Source of the DNA: Octopus bimaculoides
Taxonomy: Eukaryota
Length of the DNA stretch: 38,220 bases
Reading direction: 5' to 3'
Assembly (NCBI RefSeq): GCF_001194135.2
Contig: NC_068992.1
Span: 45,522,976 to 45,561,195 of the forward strand
A model generated the notes under the pieces. It made no database searches. It was not told the origin of the DNA and saw only the letters and a program-made list of their open reading frames with translations. The translations under genes and the position numbers were made by a program. Below are positions 12,746-26,520 of the stretch, piece by piece. Position 1 is the first letter of the stretch. Every line of letters starts with the position of its first letter.

Positions 12746-13177
12746 ATTATTCCAAAGCAATCTAAATACATTGTTGTGTGGCAATTTTTATAGCTTCAGA
12801 GCTTAACTTCTTGTCTCTCTTCATAATTAGCACTGAGCATTTTAAAATCATGAACTGCTTTCCAATATCCTTGCTGAATGCTCCTATCTTTTAGATCAGA
12901 GAATGTAGATCTTTATCACATTGGCATGTTGTTTGAGGTTATACGTATAATGCAGATTGTTTATTTTTACCTTGTCTTTTGTAAACTCATTAGCCGTGCC
13001 TGAAAGTTTTCAATGTACATTTTAGTGACGAAAAGAATTGGAGAGAGCGTCTCTCCTTGGAATACAACCCTGCGTAATTTTACGTTTCCTAACGATTCAT
13101 TTATGCATGTTAGCTCTATTTCCTGTATATAACATGTACCACAAGACGGTACACGTGGCCGACATGTGTAACAGAAA

Positions 13178-13207
13178 GTAGTAGTAGTAGTGGTAGTAGT
13201 AGTAGTG

Positions 13208-13260
<53 letters not shown>
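13178..13260. repeat. (GTA)n microsatellite
   Basis: Seen directly. Confidence 0.95.
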
Positions 13261-13261
<1 letters not shown>

Positions 13262-14769
13262 AGAGGAGCTTGATATTATTAACTTTATATTCTCGCCTTG
13301 AGTTTTATGCGCATGTTCATATGTCCATGTCCTACATCTCGCTATTTCCATTGGAGAACATCTCATCACCCGTAAAACAACTGCAAAGCTATTCGAGTTA
13401 ACTATTGATCAGATAATAAGAAACATTTTTCCTTCTGAGAACCGGTAATCTCTGTATTTTAAAACACTAAATTCAGCCAGTAAACTTAGGAACATCTGTA
13501 ATCCATTTAGTATCAAGTCTGGGAACTTCATAAGATATAGATTCTCAAAGTTTGATGTTCCTAAGGTACAACAAATGGTATCTGAGAAAGACTCTTCCGT
13601 GTACTATTCTATAGCATCGTTTCATTTTTTATATAGAAAATAATTCAGCAAGGTTAAATGCTTCCATTTACCATTAGACAACTTGTTTATGTACGAAGTT
13701 ATCAAAAATGGGAAAAAAAAAAACAATCTGGGAAAATCAATAATAAAGTAATAAAAAGAAATAACCTTTCTTGACTTTTTTTGATCAAAGAGAATATTTT
13801 TTCTGTCTTTGTTTTTGTTTATGTGAAAACATGATCTTATCTCACAACATTTGACGATTTGAGCTTCATCGTGGATGTTACTTTCTGCTAAGATTCCTAT
13901 CTTTTTTATGACCACTAATGCTAAGGAAAGTTCTGACACATATTTATGTAAGCTAATGGTATTCCTGCTTGACTGAATCAACTGGTAAAACTTTTAATCT
14001 GCTCTAAAATGTATTAATAGAATATTTGAAAAATACTCCTTTTTTTTTTTGGTTTGCTATTGAAAGAAAGAAACATTGATACAATCTTGTTATCTGCTTC
14101 CTATCATTCCTTTCTTTAACTTCAACAATGCAGTTAATATGTGTGTTAGAAGGTTCGTCGGTTTGACGAACAATGCATCAAAAGCCAACACTGTATTATC
14201 TCTTCTCCACTCATCACATATTTCTTTGCTAATGTGTTGATCTTAGACGTCCAGTATATCCTACATATCTCGTCGTTTGTTTATTGGTATGATCAGACAT
14301 ATTTGTTCAGAGAGATTACACAACTATAATTTCACTAACTCTGGCGTCTGATACTAACTTTTAAATAAATAGTCGAGTGATTGACAAGACAATATTTCAG
14401 TTTCTATTGCAGCTGGCTGAAATCAATCTTTACATACAAAACAAAAACGAAAAATAGAAAAAGAAACTACTACAGTAACTTGTTTAACTATAGATAGATG
14501 GACATATATTTGGAAGAATAGTGCAATCGTTTAAAAGTCTTCCAGCACTGATATGGTACATATTTAATCGACCCAGGAAGAATAAGGATACGAGATCTAA
14601 ACAGAGGACGTTAAGGGACGTAATGAAAGACATTTTGTCCGAAGCATAGCTGATTCTAACATCTACTGCTCTTGTGCAATCAAAATAACGGTTTAAATAG
14701 TTTAAATTGTTGGTAATAATGATTTCATTTCATTTCCATTATTTATTTATGTTTGCGAAGAATCGCTGA

Positions 14770-14828
14770 TTATCTTCTAAAATGGTTAAGATAACTAACA
14801 ATTCGTCCACATATACTTCGTTGTTCAC
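14770..14828 (-). CDS. Candidate terminal coding exon (xEQRSICGRIVSYLNHFRR*), product unknown
   Basis: Strong acceptor tttgtcttttacag|G at 14829-14831. A phase-1 frame is open to TAA at 14770-14772, with AATAAA ~23 nt downstream (14742-14747). It is phase-compatible with the donors at 14977 and 16685. Confidence 0.35.
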
Positions 14829-14977
14829 CTGTAAAAGACAAACCGTTGTCATAGAAAAAGTTTATGAAATCAAATTGATATCCGCAAGTACTTCGTCTTC
14901 GAATATTGGTGAAGAATATTTATTTTGTAAATGTATATTATCTTCATCTAGGAGAGAACCATGAAAAGATAACTTAC

Positions 14978-15029
14978 TTGGAAATGGATGCGTGGCGTTC
15001 AATAATACAATAATATAAATAAAATATGT
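14978..15029 (-). CDS. Candidate exon truncated by assembly gap (…TYFIYIIVLLNATHPFP)
   Basis: Canonical donor A|gtaagt at 14977. A 149-nt intron to the acceptor at 14829 would keep the frame open. Any acceptor would lie in the N gap. Confidence 0.25.
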
Positions 15030-15628
15030 NNNNNNNNNNNNNNNNNNNNNNNNNNNNNNNNNNNNNNNNNNNNNNNNNNNNNNNNNNNNNNNNNNNNNNN
15101 NNNNNNNNNNNNNNNNNNNNNNNNNNNNNNNNNNNNNNNNNNNNNNNNNNNNNNNNNNNNNNNNNNNNNNNNNNNNNNNNNNNNNNNNNNNNNNNNNNNN
15201 NNNNNNNNNNNNNNNNNNNNNNNNNNNNNNNNNNNNNNNNNNNNNNNNNNNNNNNNNNNNNNNNNNNNNNNNNNNNNNNNNNNNNNNNNNNNNNNNNNNN
15301 NNNNNNNNNNNNNNNNNNNNNNNNNNNNNNNNNNNNNNNNNNNNNNNNNNNNNNNNNNNNNNNNNNNNNNNNNNNNNNNNNNNNNNNNNNNNNNNNNNNN
15401 NNNNNNNNNNNNNNNNNNNNNNNNNNNNNNNNNNNNNNNNNNNNNNNNNNNNNNNNNNNNNNNNNNNNNNNNNNNNNNNNNNNNNNNNNNNNNNNNNNNN
15501 NNNNNNNNNNNNNNNNNNNNNNNNNNNNNNNNNNNNNNNNNNNNNNNNNNNNNNNNNNNNNNNNNNNNNNNNNNNNNNNNNNNNNNNNNNNNNNNNNNNN
15601 NNNNNNNNNNNNNNNNNNNNNNNNNNNN

Positions 15629-15909
15629 CACTTACCCACCAATGCACAAGTCCAGTCCAGGTTGTTTATAGAAGACCAGCAGTTACCCATGCATACCAGC
15701 CTTCCCTCTCCTCGCCACCGATGTTATCCAAGTGAAAGATAGATACAGCTTGGCAAAAGCGACGTCACAACACATTTCTACAGATGAGTGGACTGGAGAG
15801 ACATGAAGTAAAGTGCCTTGCTCAGGAACGAAACACAGCCCAGTCCGGTGATTGAACTCACAACCTCATGATCATAAGCTCGATGCTCTAACCACTGAAT
15901 TATGCGCCA
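15629..15909 (-). mobile_element. tRNA-derived SINE (head plus central domain), 3' end lost in gap
   Basis: Minus strand reads tggcgcataattcagtggttagagcatc (A box) ... gagttcaatcacc (B box) ... gagcaaggcactttac, followed by the central domain shared with 2095-2275. Confidence 0.88.
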
Positions 15910-15913
15910 TCAT

Positions 15914-15947
<34 letters not shown>

Positions 15948-16685
15948 CTTTCTGTTACATACAACACTTAAGATACAACCAATATAACTATCTTGTTTAT
16001 AGACATAGTACACTGCAGTATACCACATTCTGATACACAGGGTTATATAAAGATTCAAAGAGACTCATCACTGTATTAGATTAAGTAATTGGTTAAAGGT
16101 GAACAGGAATTTACTGAATAGTTGTGCTTTCATAAACCATCCTCTTATTTTTTGAAATTATGTCTTAAGAGCACTTATATATTTAATAAATATTTATTGA
16201 ACAAATATTTCATAAATTCAAGTTATAATTTATATTTATTTCACTTTGTTATGGTTTTCATCAGTGTTATATATGGTTATGTTTCAATAACAGCGCCATG
16301 TTTGAAGTATGCTCCAAGATTTTACTGCTTTCTCCATCGATTATTTGTAATACACTGAAGCAACGCAAGCAGTTCACTAATCTGATTTGCCCTTAAACAA
16401 TAATCCTAATTAGCATTTATGATTTTATTTTAATAATTAGGTTCAGAAGTCGAGAGCTAATTTAAAGCTTGCTTTGTGAAAAGCCACGAAGTGTAAAGCA
16501 GTTAGATTCTTAATCAACCTTATTAGTATAGATCCTTAGGTTATGATATAATATAGCCAGTAGGTGAAGAGTAGAGCCGCCATTAACCTCATACTGCTTC
16601 ATTCACAAAACACCAAGAAACAAACTATGTATTACATACAAAGACACACACTACAGCCAATATTCTACAACAAAATTAGGCTTAC

Positions 16686-16791
16686 GAAAGAATTCCAGAT
16701 AAAAGATGATTAGCTCTTCTGATGCTCTTCCAATTTTATATTCATTTAAAACGTCATGAATGACACAATCCGATTGTCGAAGAAAACTGCA
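16686..16791 (-). CDS. Candidate internal exon (CSFLRQSDCVIHDVLNEYKIGRASEELIIFYLEFF), product unknown
   Basis: Acceptor tttttttaatatatatttcag and donor C|gtaagc bound 106 nt that are fully open, phase 0 to 1. It joins in frame to 14828. Confidence 0.4.
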
Positions 16792-16933
16792 CTGAAATAT
16801 ATATTAAAAAAAGTAAATCAATACGAGAGAAAATACTCATAAAATTTCCACCGAAATGGCATACAGTATAATTACATAAAATTATCAACTGTTTAATAAT
16901 CGGATCATGTTTATAGAAAAACATAGCCCCCAA

Positions 16934-16964
<31 letters not shown>

Positions 16965-17275
16965 NNNNNNNNNNNNNNNNNNNNNNNNNNNNNNNNNNNN
17001 NNNNNNNNNNNNNNNNNNNNNNNNNNNNNNNNNNNNNNNNNNNNNNNNNNNNNNNNNNNNNNNNNNNNNNNNNNNNNNNNNNNNNNNNNNNNNNNNNNNN
17101 NNNNNNNNNNNNNNNNNNNNNNNNNNNNNNNNNNNNNNNNNNNNNNNNNNNNNNNNNNNNNNNNNNNNNNNNNNNNNNNNNNNNNNNNNNNNNNNNNNNN
17201 NNNNNNNNNNNNNNNNNNNNNNNNNNNNNNNNNNNNNNNNNNNNNNNNNNNNNNNNNNNNNNNNNNNNNNNNNNN

Positions 17276-17326
<51 letters not shown>

Positions 17327-18709
17327 GTTTATGAATTTGTGTTGCAAGACTCCATATGTGAAGTCGAGTGTTGAAACAGATACTGTTGTATTTCGGTATG
17401 GACATGCCTTTTTTGGCCAAATAAGCAGAGAAACTATACATTCCTTCTTTACTCGTTTATTACTATTCTTATTCTAACTCAAGTTCATTGTTCGGAAATT
17501 TTTTGTCACACGTCTGTGACCTCCTCAGCAAAACACACACATATAATATACATATAGTCATTCCATTAAACAAGAACCATACCCATAGCAACCCAAGTAC
17601 TCCATGCAGATGAAGTTCCAAACAAATAGATGTGGTTCGCAGCGGAACCTGTCATTACTACATGAAGCATAATGCTATACGTCCAAGAGTAGTCGGATGA
17701 TCCCTGCGCAAGCTACAACGACAATGTTGAAGTACACCACTGAAATGATGTAAATGCTCCCATTTCTGCCCCAAATTTTCAGGAAACTTTTCCGTGTTGG
17801 TATTTCTGAGTGAGACAGGGCATACTTTAGTGACACGTTCTTAAGCCTCTGTCAATCAGAAAATCAATCAGAAAGTCTGAACTTTTAGTTCAGTGGCAGG
17901 CATAGCTGACCACCAATTTTCCGATAAAGATATGGTATTAGTTTTGAACTGATGGATGTAAGAATACAAGCTGTATGTATTCAATAACTTGATAACATTC
18001 GATAATATTCAGTAACTTGTTACCTAAAAGGTCCTGCAGAATTTTAAGAATAAGTCCACATATATTAGGAAATACCACTTTAAACAAAGCATTACTAATG
18101 AAATCAACGCGGATATTTTAGAATATAGTACTATTTGCCATATGCAAGTACAAGACTATGTTTATTATTTCAAAAGTATTTACCGATTCTCTAAAAATGG
18201 AATTTTCTATTGCCTTCATTATCATTTCTTTCTTGCTGCTTCATTATTCAAAGTATCGTAATTTACACGTTATAAAATTTATATCCAACTTAAATTTTCA
18301 ATCATAAAATTAAGGTATTTGCAAGTAAAATTAAATTGAAATTTCCAACAAATAATTATTTGACCAGTTTTGTTGCCAATTCGAGTAAATTCTAATACGC
18401 ATTCGAATGGATAAAAAGAAAATGAAAAGAAATTTTACTTTAATATACACATAACCTCTCAGTTTCTTTCTCTCACCCTCTTTCCTTCTCACTTTTTATC
18501 TTTCCCTCTCTCTCTCTCCCACACGTGTATATATGTGTATATATGCATATGCTTATGTATATACGAGTGCATATGTGTATAAATATGAATGAATGTGCCC
18601 GTATATATGCTTTCATATACAGATACGCATATATGTATGCGTGCGTACATATACATATTACCGCATCTATACATAATATATGCATACATTACACACATAC
18701 ACACACACA

Positions 18710-18741
<32 letters not shown>

Positions 18742-19318
18742 TACTGAATGCAATGATGTTTTATTATGCTCTTAGCATTTTCTCTTTCGTTTCAAAAAAT
18801 CAAAATTGAGAAAATAAAAGAAATAAAATGTTTCCCTGCAATGTAATCCATAGACTTAAGTTTTCACTAACATGATTGAAAAGTAAAATTGGTGTAAATT
18901 TGGTGCTTTTAAATTTTTATTTCTCCCCATAACATCGCATAAAACACGTCCCGGCTTACATATGTCTTCATTTCAATCCTTCTAATACGCATGCTTAATT
19001 ATTCTGAATTTTAGTTCTTTCGTTTGATACCAGGCTTATATTTACTTTGCAGTGGACGAAACTATTGATAATTCCAGCAACTAGAAGCTATTTATATTTT
19101 AGCCGAATAGCGATGCCATTGTTTATTTGTTTACTTTTTGTCATTATTTTCTATATATTTATTGATTTATTTTCTTTTTAATTGAGAGATTAATGGCTGT
19201 TAAGAATAAAACAATATGGCGTAGAAACAAAGACGATTGCAACATCACGCACAGAAGCACAGATGCATACAAGCAGACACAAGCAATGGGTATAAGACAC
19301 ACACATGAAGCTGCAAAT

Positions 19319-19320
<2 letters not shown>

Positions 19321-19414
<94 letters not shown>

Positions 19415-19425
19415 ACATACACACA
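19321..19425. repeat. (AC)n microsatellite
   Basis: Seen directly. Confidence 0.95.
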
Positions 19426-22361
19426 TATAATGTTATATTACATTCTAACCAATAAAAATATAGCTTCTAATCACGAGCTCCAATCTCTTCAATGCATTAT
19501 ATTGAGACGGAATGGTGAAAGTACGTCAACAAAAATACATGAAAAGCAAAAGAGAATGAAAGAAATGCAAAATAATAAATGTATATTTACGGATTAATTC
19601 TATGAATTGATAGAATCAAATTGGTCGTTCGATTTTAAAGGAAATCTTCTAAATAAATATTCCATTTTATTTGATTAAATCTTCTGATCCTGTAATATTC
19701 CTGTAAAATGGTTTTACACGTGACAATAATTAGACAAAACTACATCTCCCTTTTCGACACAATTGACATTCTTTTTCTCTCTCTCAATACTCTCACGCAC
19801 ACACACTCATACACACACATACACACATATATGTAAGTGTATATGTATAGATATATATATATATGTGTATGTATACACACACACACATATATATGTGTGT
19901 ATATATATATATACATATATATATATGTATACATACATATATATATATGTATACATACGTATATANNNNNNNNNNNNNNNNNNNNNNNNNNNNNNNNNNN
20001 NNNNNNNNNNNNNNNNNNNNNNNNNNNNNNNNNNNNNNNNNNNNNNNNNNNNNNNNNNNNNNNNNNNNNNNNNNNNNNNNNNNNNNNNNNNNNNNNNNNN
20101 NNNNNNNNNNNNNNNNNNNNNNNNNNNNNNNNNNNNNNNNNNNNNNNNNNNNNNNNNNNNNNNNNNNNNNNNNNNNNNNNNNNNNNNNNNNNNNNNNNNN
20201 NNNNNNNNNNNNNNNNNNNNNNNNNNNNNNNNNNNNNNNNNNNNNNNNNNNNNNNNNNNNNNNNNNNNNNNNNNNNNNNNNNNNNNNNNNNNNNNNNNNN
20301 NNNNNNNNNNNNNNNNNNNNNNNNNNNNNNNNNNNNNNNNNNNNNNNNNNNNNNNNNNNNNNNNNNNNNNNNNNNNNNNNNNNNNNNNNNNNNNNNNNNN
20401 NNNNNNNNNNNNNNNNNNNNNNNNNNNNNNNNNNNNNNNNNNNNNNNNNNNNNNNNNNNNNNNNNNNNNNNNNNNNNNNNNNNNNNNNNNNNNNNNNNNN
20501 NNNNNNNNNNNNNNNNNNNNNNNNNNNNNNNNNNNNNNNNNNNNNNNNNNNNNNNNNNNNNNNNNNNNNNNNNNNNNNNNNNNNNNNNNNNNNNNNNNNN
20601 TATGTTCATATTTTGTTATGTCACTGTAGTGTGTTGATGCCATGAAGCAGTCATAATTTATGTCTCATGCCAACGAAAGGAAATTGGAACTCACATATAC
20701 ACTTAGCAAGGAGATTCAAACAGATTACATGACAATAAATATAGAGACAGTGGTCGTGTTGAAGATGAGGACGAGGATAATATTGGTTTCTAATTTAGGA
20801 TATAGGCTGCCAACGCTGAGGGATAGACATATGTTACTGCCACCGACCCCAGCTGACACGTTATTTTATTGATTGCGTTAAAGAGTAAATCTATTTTCGG
20901 CGTAATTTGAACTGAGAAAAGACAAAATCCGGAACAAACTCCCAAGGTACTTTTCTGCAATCTAGTGACTCTCTCAGCCCGCTCCCAGAAAGAAGGTCTG
21001 AAATTTTGGAGAAAGGATTAGTCGATTGTTGTGTAAAGATCAATGGTAGGATCGGCTGTAGAATACCATGGACGGTGAGGAACCGGCTCACACTTGGATT
21101 TAGTAAATCTGAGGGTTGGCAACTGAGTCAAGTAGCAGCAGACGTTGTACAGCATTGAACATGCCATACACACTTTTATTCCTTGTTATAAAACAATATG
21201 TACATACATAAATACATACATACATATTTAAATACACACACACACACATATATATTTACATATATATCTATATGTATGTATGTATGTAAGTATGTATGTA
21301 TGTATGTATGTATCTATCTATCTATCTATCCATATATATATNNNNNNNNNNNNNNNNNNNNNNNNNNNNNNNNNNNNNNNNNNNNNNNNNNNNNNNNNNN
21401 NNNNNNNNNNNNNNNNNNNNNNNNNNNNNNNNNNNNNNNNNNNNNNNNNNNNNNNNNNNNNNNNNNNNNNNNNNNNNNNNNNNNNNNNNNNNNNNNNNNN
21501 NNNNNNNNNNNNNNNNNNNTATATATATATATATATATCTAATGCGTTATAAACGAATATGAAAACTCTCCACATAACCATATTGAAGGCTTTAGTTGTA
21601 TGCACTCTATATTCACCATCATTGGGAGGTATTACGCTTCATCATTTAAGTTTCACCTCTTGAATCGTAACTGGTTTATAATAGACCAAATTTATAAAAT
21701 ATCTATAATTACCCCCATACTTGAATCAAATCCGTGCAAGCAATTTAGAATGAAGAAATAACTTAATATTTATTTCATTAGTCATGAATTTGTTAATAAA
21801 TTCCTAAATACTGTCTCTAAACCTTCTTTCTATTTTTTGTGTTTTTCTCTGCAGCTATTTACCGATTGTCTTATTACTAACCATTTCTTCCATTTTGTTT
21901 TCTTCATTTGGTAGTTCTCTACTGGGATCTGGGAATACATTTTGATTAGGATAAATCTAATCTACTAATCAATACTTGTCGTCACGTACAGTATTAGCAG
22001 AGTAAAGGAAACGGTGTATTGTTGGCTGTAGAAGATGGGTTTCTAATAAAATAACGCAGTGACATATTCCGGTTCATCAGATTTTCTACTAACAGTGGAA
22101 GAAGATAGAAAAGTAAATTAGAAGCGAAATTTCTGGAGAAAAGTAACAGATAGCGAGTAGATTAGATGATAAATGAGGTCTGCAAATCAAATGAAAGCAG
22201 CACGCTGCATATTTCGAACTTTAAGGAAAATTACCTCAACTTCAAATAGTTTATATAATGTGAATATAAGAGATTCAGTTGAACATATATTTATGAATGT
22301 TAACCATACAAATACCTTCGTTATTTTCTTTTTATATATTTTCTTCTCTCTTCTCTCTCAG

Positions 22362-22422
22362 GATAGTCGCCTTGCTGAAGTGAGATTGCCTGCGTTTTCC
22401 AATAATCTCGAAAGTTATGCAC
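22362..22422 (+). CDS. Candidate exon (DSRLAEVRLPAFSNNLESYA), product unknown
   Basis: Long polypyrimidine acceptor ttcttctctcttctctctcag and donor CAC|gtgagt; one frame is open. Confidence 0.3.
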
Positions 22423-22718
22423 GTGAGTGCTGAGTTTTCCACTACTTCTGCACAAATCGATTCTCAAATTGTCGTTAGGAAGTTTGCAGGTACCTTTATC
22501 GTATTAAAATATGAGGCTTTTGAAAATTCAGTATACGGGAATTTTAGCAGTAATGATCAATGAAGTACAAAAACAGCTGGTTTGTGAACTTGGAGTATCT
22601 CATTACATCAGCAGTGGATGATTGACAGACATTTCATTGGCTTTCAATGAAAGAGAACTGAGTTATCGCATTTGTATTCATGACCTACCTGTACGTTGTA
22701 GACTTCACTCTGCTCACG

Positions 22719-22750
<32 letters not shown>

Positions 22751-22916
22751 TGATTATATATAAGGATTAGTGAGTATACTGACGAAATTGAATGTTTAAA
22801 TGGCATACCAGGATGCAAATAGCTTCATCGACTCAACTCTCTTGAACCTTATCCTTATTCTACAAAGTCCACTCTGAAATGTTGAACATTAAAAGCTCAT
22901 TATTTTTCTAATCTGT

Positions 22917-23108
22917 AAGACTGAGAGCTGACAGAATCAGTAGCACGCCGGACAAAATGATTAGTGGGATTTCGTCCGTTTTTACGTTCGACTTTGCCTT
23001 ACATCTTTTCGCAGTCGATGAAATAGGTACCAGGTGATGACTGTGGTTGATCTAATTTGCTTGCTCCCTTTCCCCAAAATTTCAGGCCTTGTGTCTATAA
23101 TAGAAAGG
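22917..23108 (+). mobile_element. tRNA-derived SINE, diverged, with internal deletion (family of 7563-7797)
   Basis: gagctgacagaatcagtagcacgccggacaaaatgattag...tttacgt|tcgactttgcctt lacks the ~21-nt B-box segment present in the 7.7 kb copy. Confidence 0.75.
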
Positions 23109-23306
23109 CCTTTTTCCCCAATCTTTGACAACAACCATAAAAACATTTTTTCTAAACTACCATTGTGTATCAACAATATATTTTCATGCGAGATTCGAGC
23201 GAGAGATACAACCTTAAAGTCTACAATCCATCTCAAAATATATAGATGACTGAATGTCATTACGGCTTCTAATTTCATTAGGAAAATCATGGACCTCACA
23301 ACATAC

Positions 23307-23349
23307 CATTTCTCTTCACGTCTTTCCAACAAGGCAAATCAATACGAAA
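23307..23349 (-). CDS. Candidate exon (FRIDLPCWKDVKRN), product unknown
   Basis: Acceptor ctttcccggtttttccag and donor G|gtatgt; one frame is open. Confidence 0.22.
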
Positions 23350-25741
23350 CTGGAAAAACCGGGAAAGCAGTCAGTATCCCATTTCATGCTAGTATGTTGC
23401 TGCAGTCAACACATCTTCTTTACAACAACCTAATTAATTTATCATTCAGTAGAAACACTTAGTAAAATTAGCGATACAAATGTGAAACGGGTGACTGAAT
23501 GTCTTGCTATATGGACTGTAATTTTACTAGTGTGATAGCTATCCACAAAAATGCAAATCTTAAATAGTCCTATTCATTTAATACCACTTAAATCAAAGAA
23601 AAGCGTTATCTCTGTAAATTACTGTGAATCAAGACAATGATTAGTTTCAAGTAAACTAGTGAAAATGTTAATGTGAAAGGACGAGAATAGAATAACTGAA
23701 GAGTAATCGCTGATATTACGGAAACGGAAACTGGTCCGGAGAATCAGATTTTCTGTAGTTTAGTATCACTAAACAAGTCAGGCATGTTATCGCAATTGTC
23801 TCATTGGCAGAGACTTCGCATTTATAACTGTCATAATTAACATGGAAAGTTATTTAAAGTATTTACTTTATTCAATCTCATTGTGTTCACGAACTATAAT
23901 TTGAAAGGGAGGAAGCAGGTTGGTCGTGGAAACCGGACATAATACTTAGCAGACATTCAATGCGCAGTTTCTTTTCAATCTAAGCTTTCCTTAGTTGAAT
24001 TTTATAGCTCACCACCATCGCCAGGTTTTATAAAACCTTTACAGTACGATCCTATATGATACTAGGGGCCGAATACAATTGAATGAATCCTTCCCTTACA
24101 AATGTGTAGTGATGCGTTATTGTTTAAAAGCATATTAATAGCGTTATTACAACCTAAATAATTTTGTTAAATTATCAAAAACAAAATCATACACAACAGT
24201 TTTAAAATGACATTTTTTGCCAGCCATCACCTCTGCATAATCTGAATATGTATACTATGATTCTTTTGAATAGAAGTAACTGTAAGTAAATCCAAGAGTG
24301 ATCGATAAAGTATCTAGTCAGAAGATGGATTAAATATTTCAAAGTTAGTTTCGAACTGGCATATTTTCGTATCTGACTTCAAACAGACTACACGTTTTCT
24401 CTTAAGATATGATTCAAAAGTTAAGGATAATAAATTTATGCGTGGAATGTTATTGCTGGAAAGCCAGAGTTTTTCTAGTGAACCCATAAAACTTCCAGAA
24501 ATATTACTCTTAGTGATAGAATTCAAAATGATAACGCAACGGTAAGAGACTTTTTTAAAAAGCGGATAATAATTCCTCCAAACTGAAATTATTTTCAACA
24601 AATGAATTTACCACATTAGGATAAAACCTGATGTTTCTCACTGGTAGAGTAACAACCAAGGATTCTTTCGGTTATAATTAGTCGAGTCTGCTTTGATTAA
24701 TTGGCAACATTTCAATTTTCATAAAGAGAAAAATTATTTGCCTTTGCCACAAAATCAGAGGAAGATTGAAGTCCGTAAATAAGTTGTTAGTTTTGGGGGT
24801 TTATAAATAATTTCTTTATTTAATTCTTCACACACTCAAGATTTAATTCAACATGTTATACATAAAGTTGTCTGTTAAATTATTTATATACTCAACTGTG
24901 TTATACATCAAGCCGTTCTTTGAATGATTTTACATACGGCCTTTCAATGACTTGCACAATCAGCTGTAACTTTCATGTAGTATATATTAGACTGTTACGT
25001 CAGTTACTTATATACACTCTCTGTCATTATATTGATTTAGACACTCTTTGTTTGATGTTTGATACACGCCGTTAGAAAACAAACTACAGATTGCTAAATC
25101 AGATTTAAGCAATTTTCTACCATTCAGTAGCAAAACAACAACAACAACAAAAAAAAAAAGAAGGAAAGAAAATAGAATTCTTTGAAACAATTTTGAAGTT
25201 CGTATTTCCTTTACGTTTTACATCCAGGCATCTTTTAGGATTTCTGCTACAATACTTTCAGCACTCATATCGTAATATCATTTAAGAATTACTTAATTAA
25301 CTTAGAAATTATTCTCCGAAAATTATATTATTTGCAAAACATATTTCATTGCAAATAATTGAGAATTCAGTATTATTCTAAGATGACAAGGAATAGTATT
25401 CTTATAGAATTAACTGATTAATACATAATCACGACTTGCTGTTCGCCCATTCTAGGTTTGTTTCTTCTTGCTTAACAACTCAAGTGTCATTCACACAATT
25501 AAATCAATTCGTTGTCACACCATTGGGAATATATTTATCAAGATTTATTAGTTATTAAATATATTGAAACTAATTGAACTGAAGTCTTGCACAAACGACT
25601 ACCTTATCAGCTTTATTATTTTTGTTTTTGTTTTATCTAACGTAAGATATTAAGTTATTATCTAGCAAACAGATCAATTTTCTGTTCTTTAATCTGTATA
25701 ATTTCATTATTTTTCTAACTCTTCCACGTATTTGCTTGCAG

Positions 25742-25798
25742 TCTTTGAATATGACTATAGGGAACTCCATTCATACCATATATAAATACAATACTTCG
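25742..25798 (+). CDS. Candidate exon (SLNMTIGNSIHTIYKYNTS, phase 0-0), product unknown
   Basis: Acceptor tatttgcttgcag and donor TCG|gtaagt bound 57 nt; one frame is open. Confidence 0.3.
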
Positions 25799-25962
25799 GT
25801 AAGTTATAAACATGCATTGGTACACTTAGACAACAGTACAAAAACACATTACATCAAAATATATGTGTAAAAGATAGATTTAATATCTGGCTCGACTTTA
25901 AGTCAATTCCTGATCCAGTTGTAAGGATCCGAATCAGGTTTTACGGTTTTTAGCTTCCTTAC

Positions 25963-26010
25963 CATCATCCAGGAAGGTCCTGTAAATGATTATGAGCACT
26001 TCCTTTCCTC
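25963..26010 (-). CDS. Candidate exon (xGKEVLIIIYRTFLDDx, phase 1-1), product unknown
   Basis: Acceptor ttgttacttattcag and donor ATG|gtaagg bound 48 nt; one frame is open. Confidence 0.22.
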
Positions 26011-26086
26011 CTGAATAAGTAACAATACTAACAATAATATGTGTATGTGTAGTGTATGGCATTATACATGCACGGATGTATATATA

Positions 26087-26144
<58 letters not shown>

Positions 26145-26394
26145 TGTATGTCCGTGCCCGCGCGCGTGAGTATGTAAATATATAAGTATGTATGTGCATA
26201 TATATATACATACATACATACACATATATATATATATATATATATGTATGNNNNNNNNNNNNNNNNNNNNNNNNNNNNNNNNNNNNNNNNNNNNNNNNNN
26301 NNNNNNNNNNNNNNNNNNNNNNNNNNNNNNNNNNNNNNNNNNNNNNNNNNNNNNNNNNNNNNNNNNNNNNNNNNNNNNNNNNNNNNNNNNNNNN

Positions 26395-26425
<31 letters not shown>

Positions 26426-26520
26426 AAATATATATATTTAACAAAATTTCCTTTATCTGACAGATTCAGGTATTTAAATAGGAAAAGCACCAAGGTAGAG
26501 TCGAGGATCGCGTACCGTTA

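Noticed and set aside
15840-15909. tRNA gene (also at 7700-7797 and 35290-35361)
   Set aside because: These have A/B-box-like motifs but no complete cloverleaf, and they continue into SINE bodies, so they are SINE heads.
20717-21160. Open plus-strand frames (…DEDEDNIGF* and an 80-aa Met-less frame)
   Set aside because: There is no recognisable motif or paired splice sites, and open frames of this length are expected by chance in locally GC-richer DNA.
24314-24601. Minus-strand ORF with a perfect LRR-like motif LEKLWLSSNNIPRI
   Set aside because: It is a single isolated repeat with no neighbouring LRRs and lacks the splice sites expected for a 72-nt LRR exon. My rough estimate is that one such motif has a ~20% chance of appearing in six frames of 38 kb. 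It also overlaps a plus-strand exon candidate.
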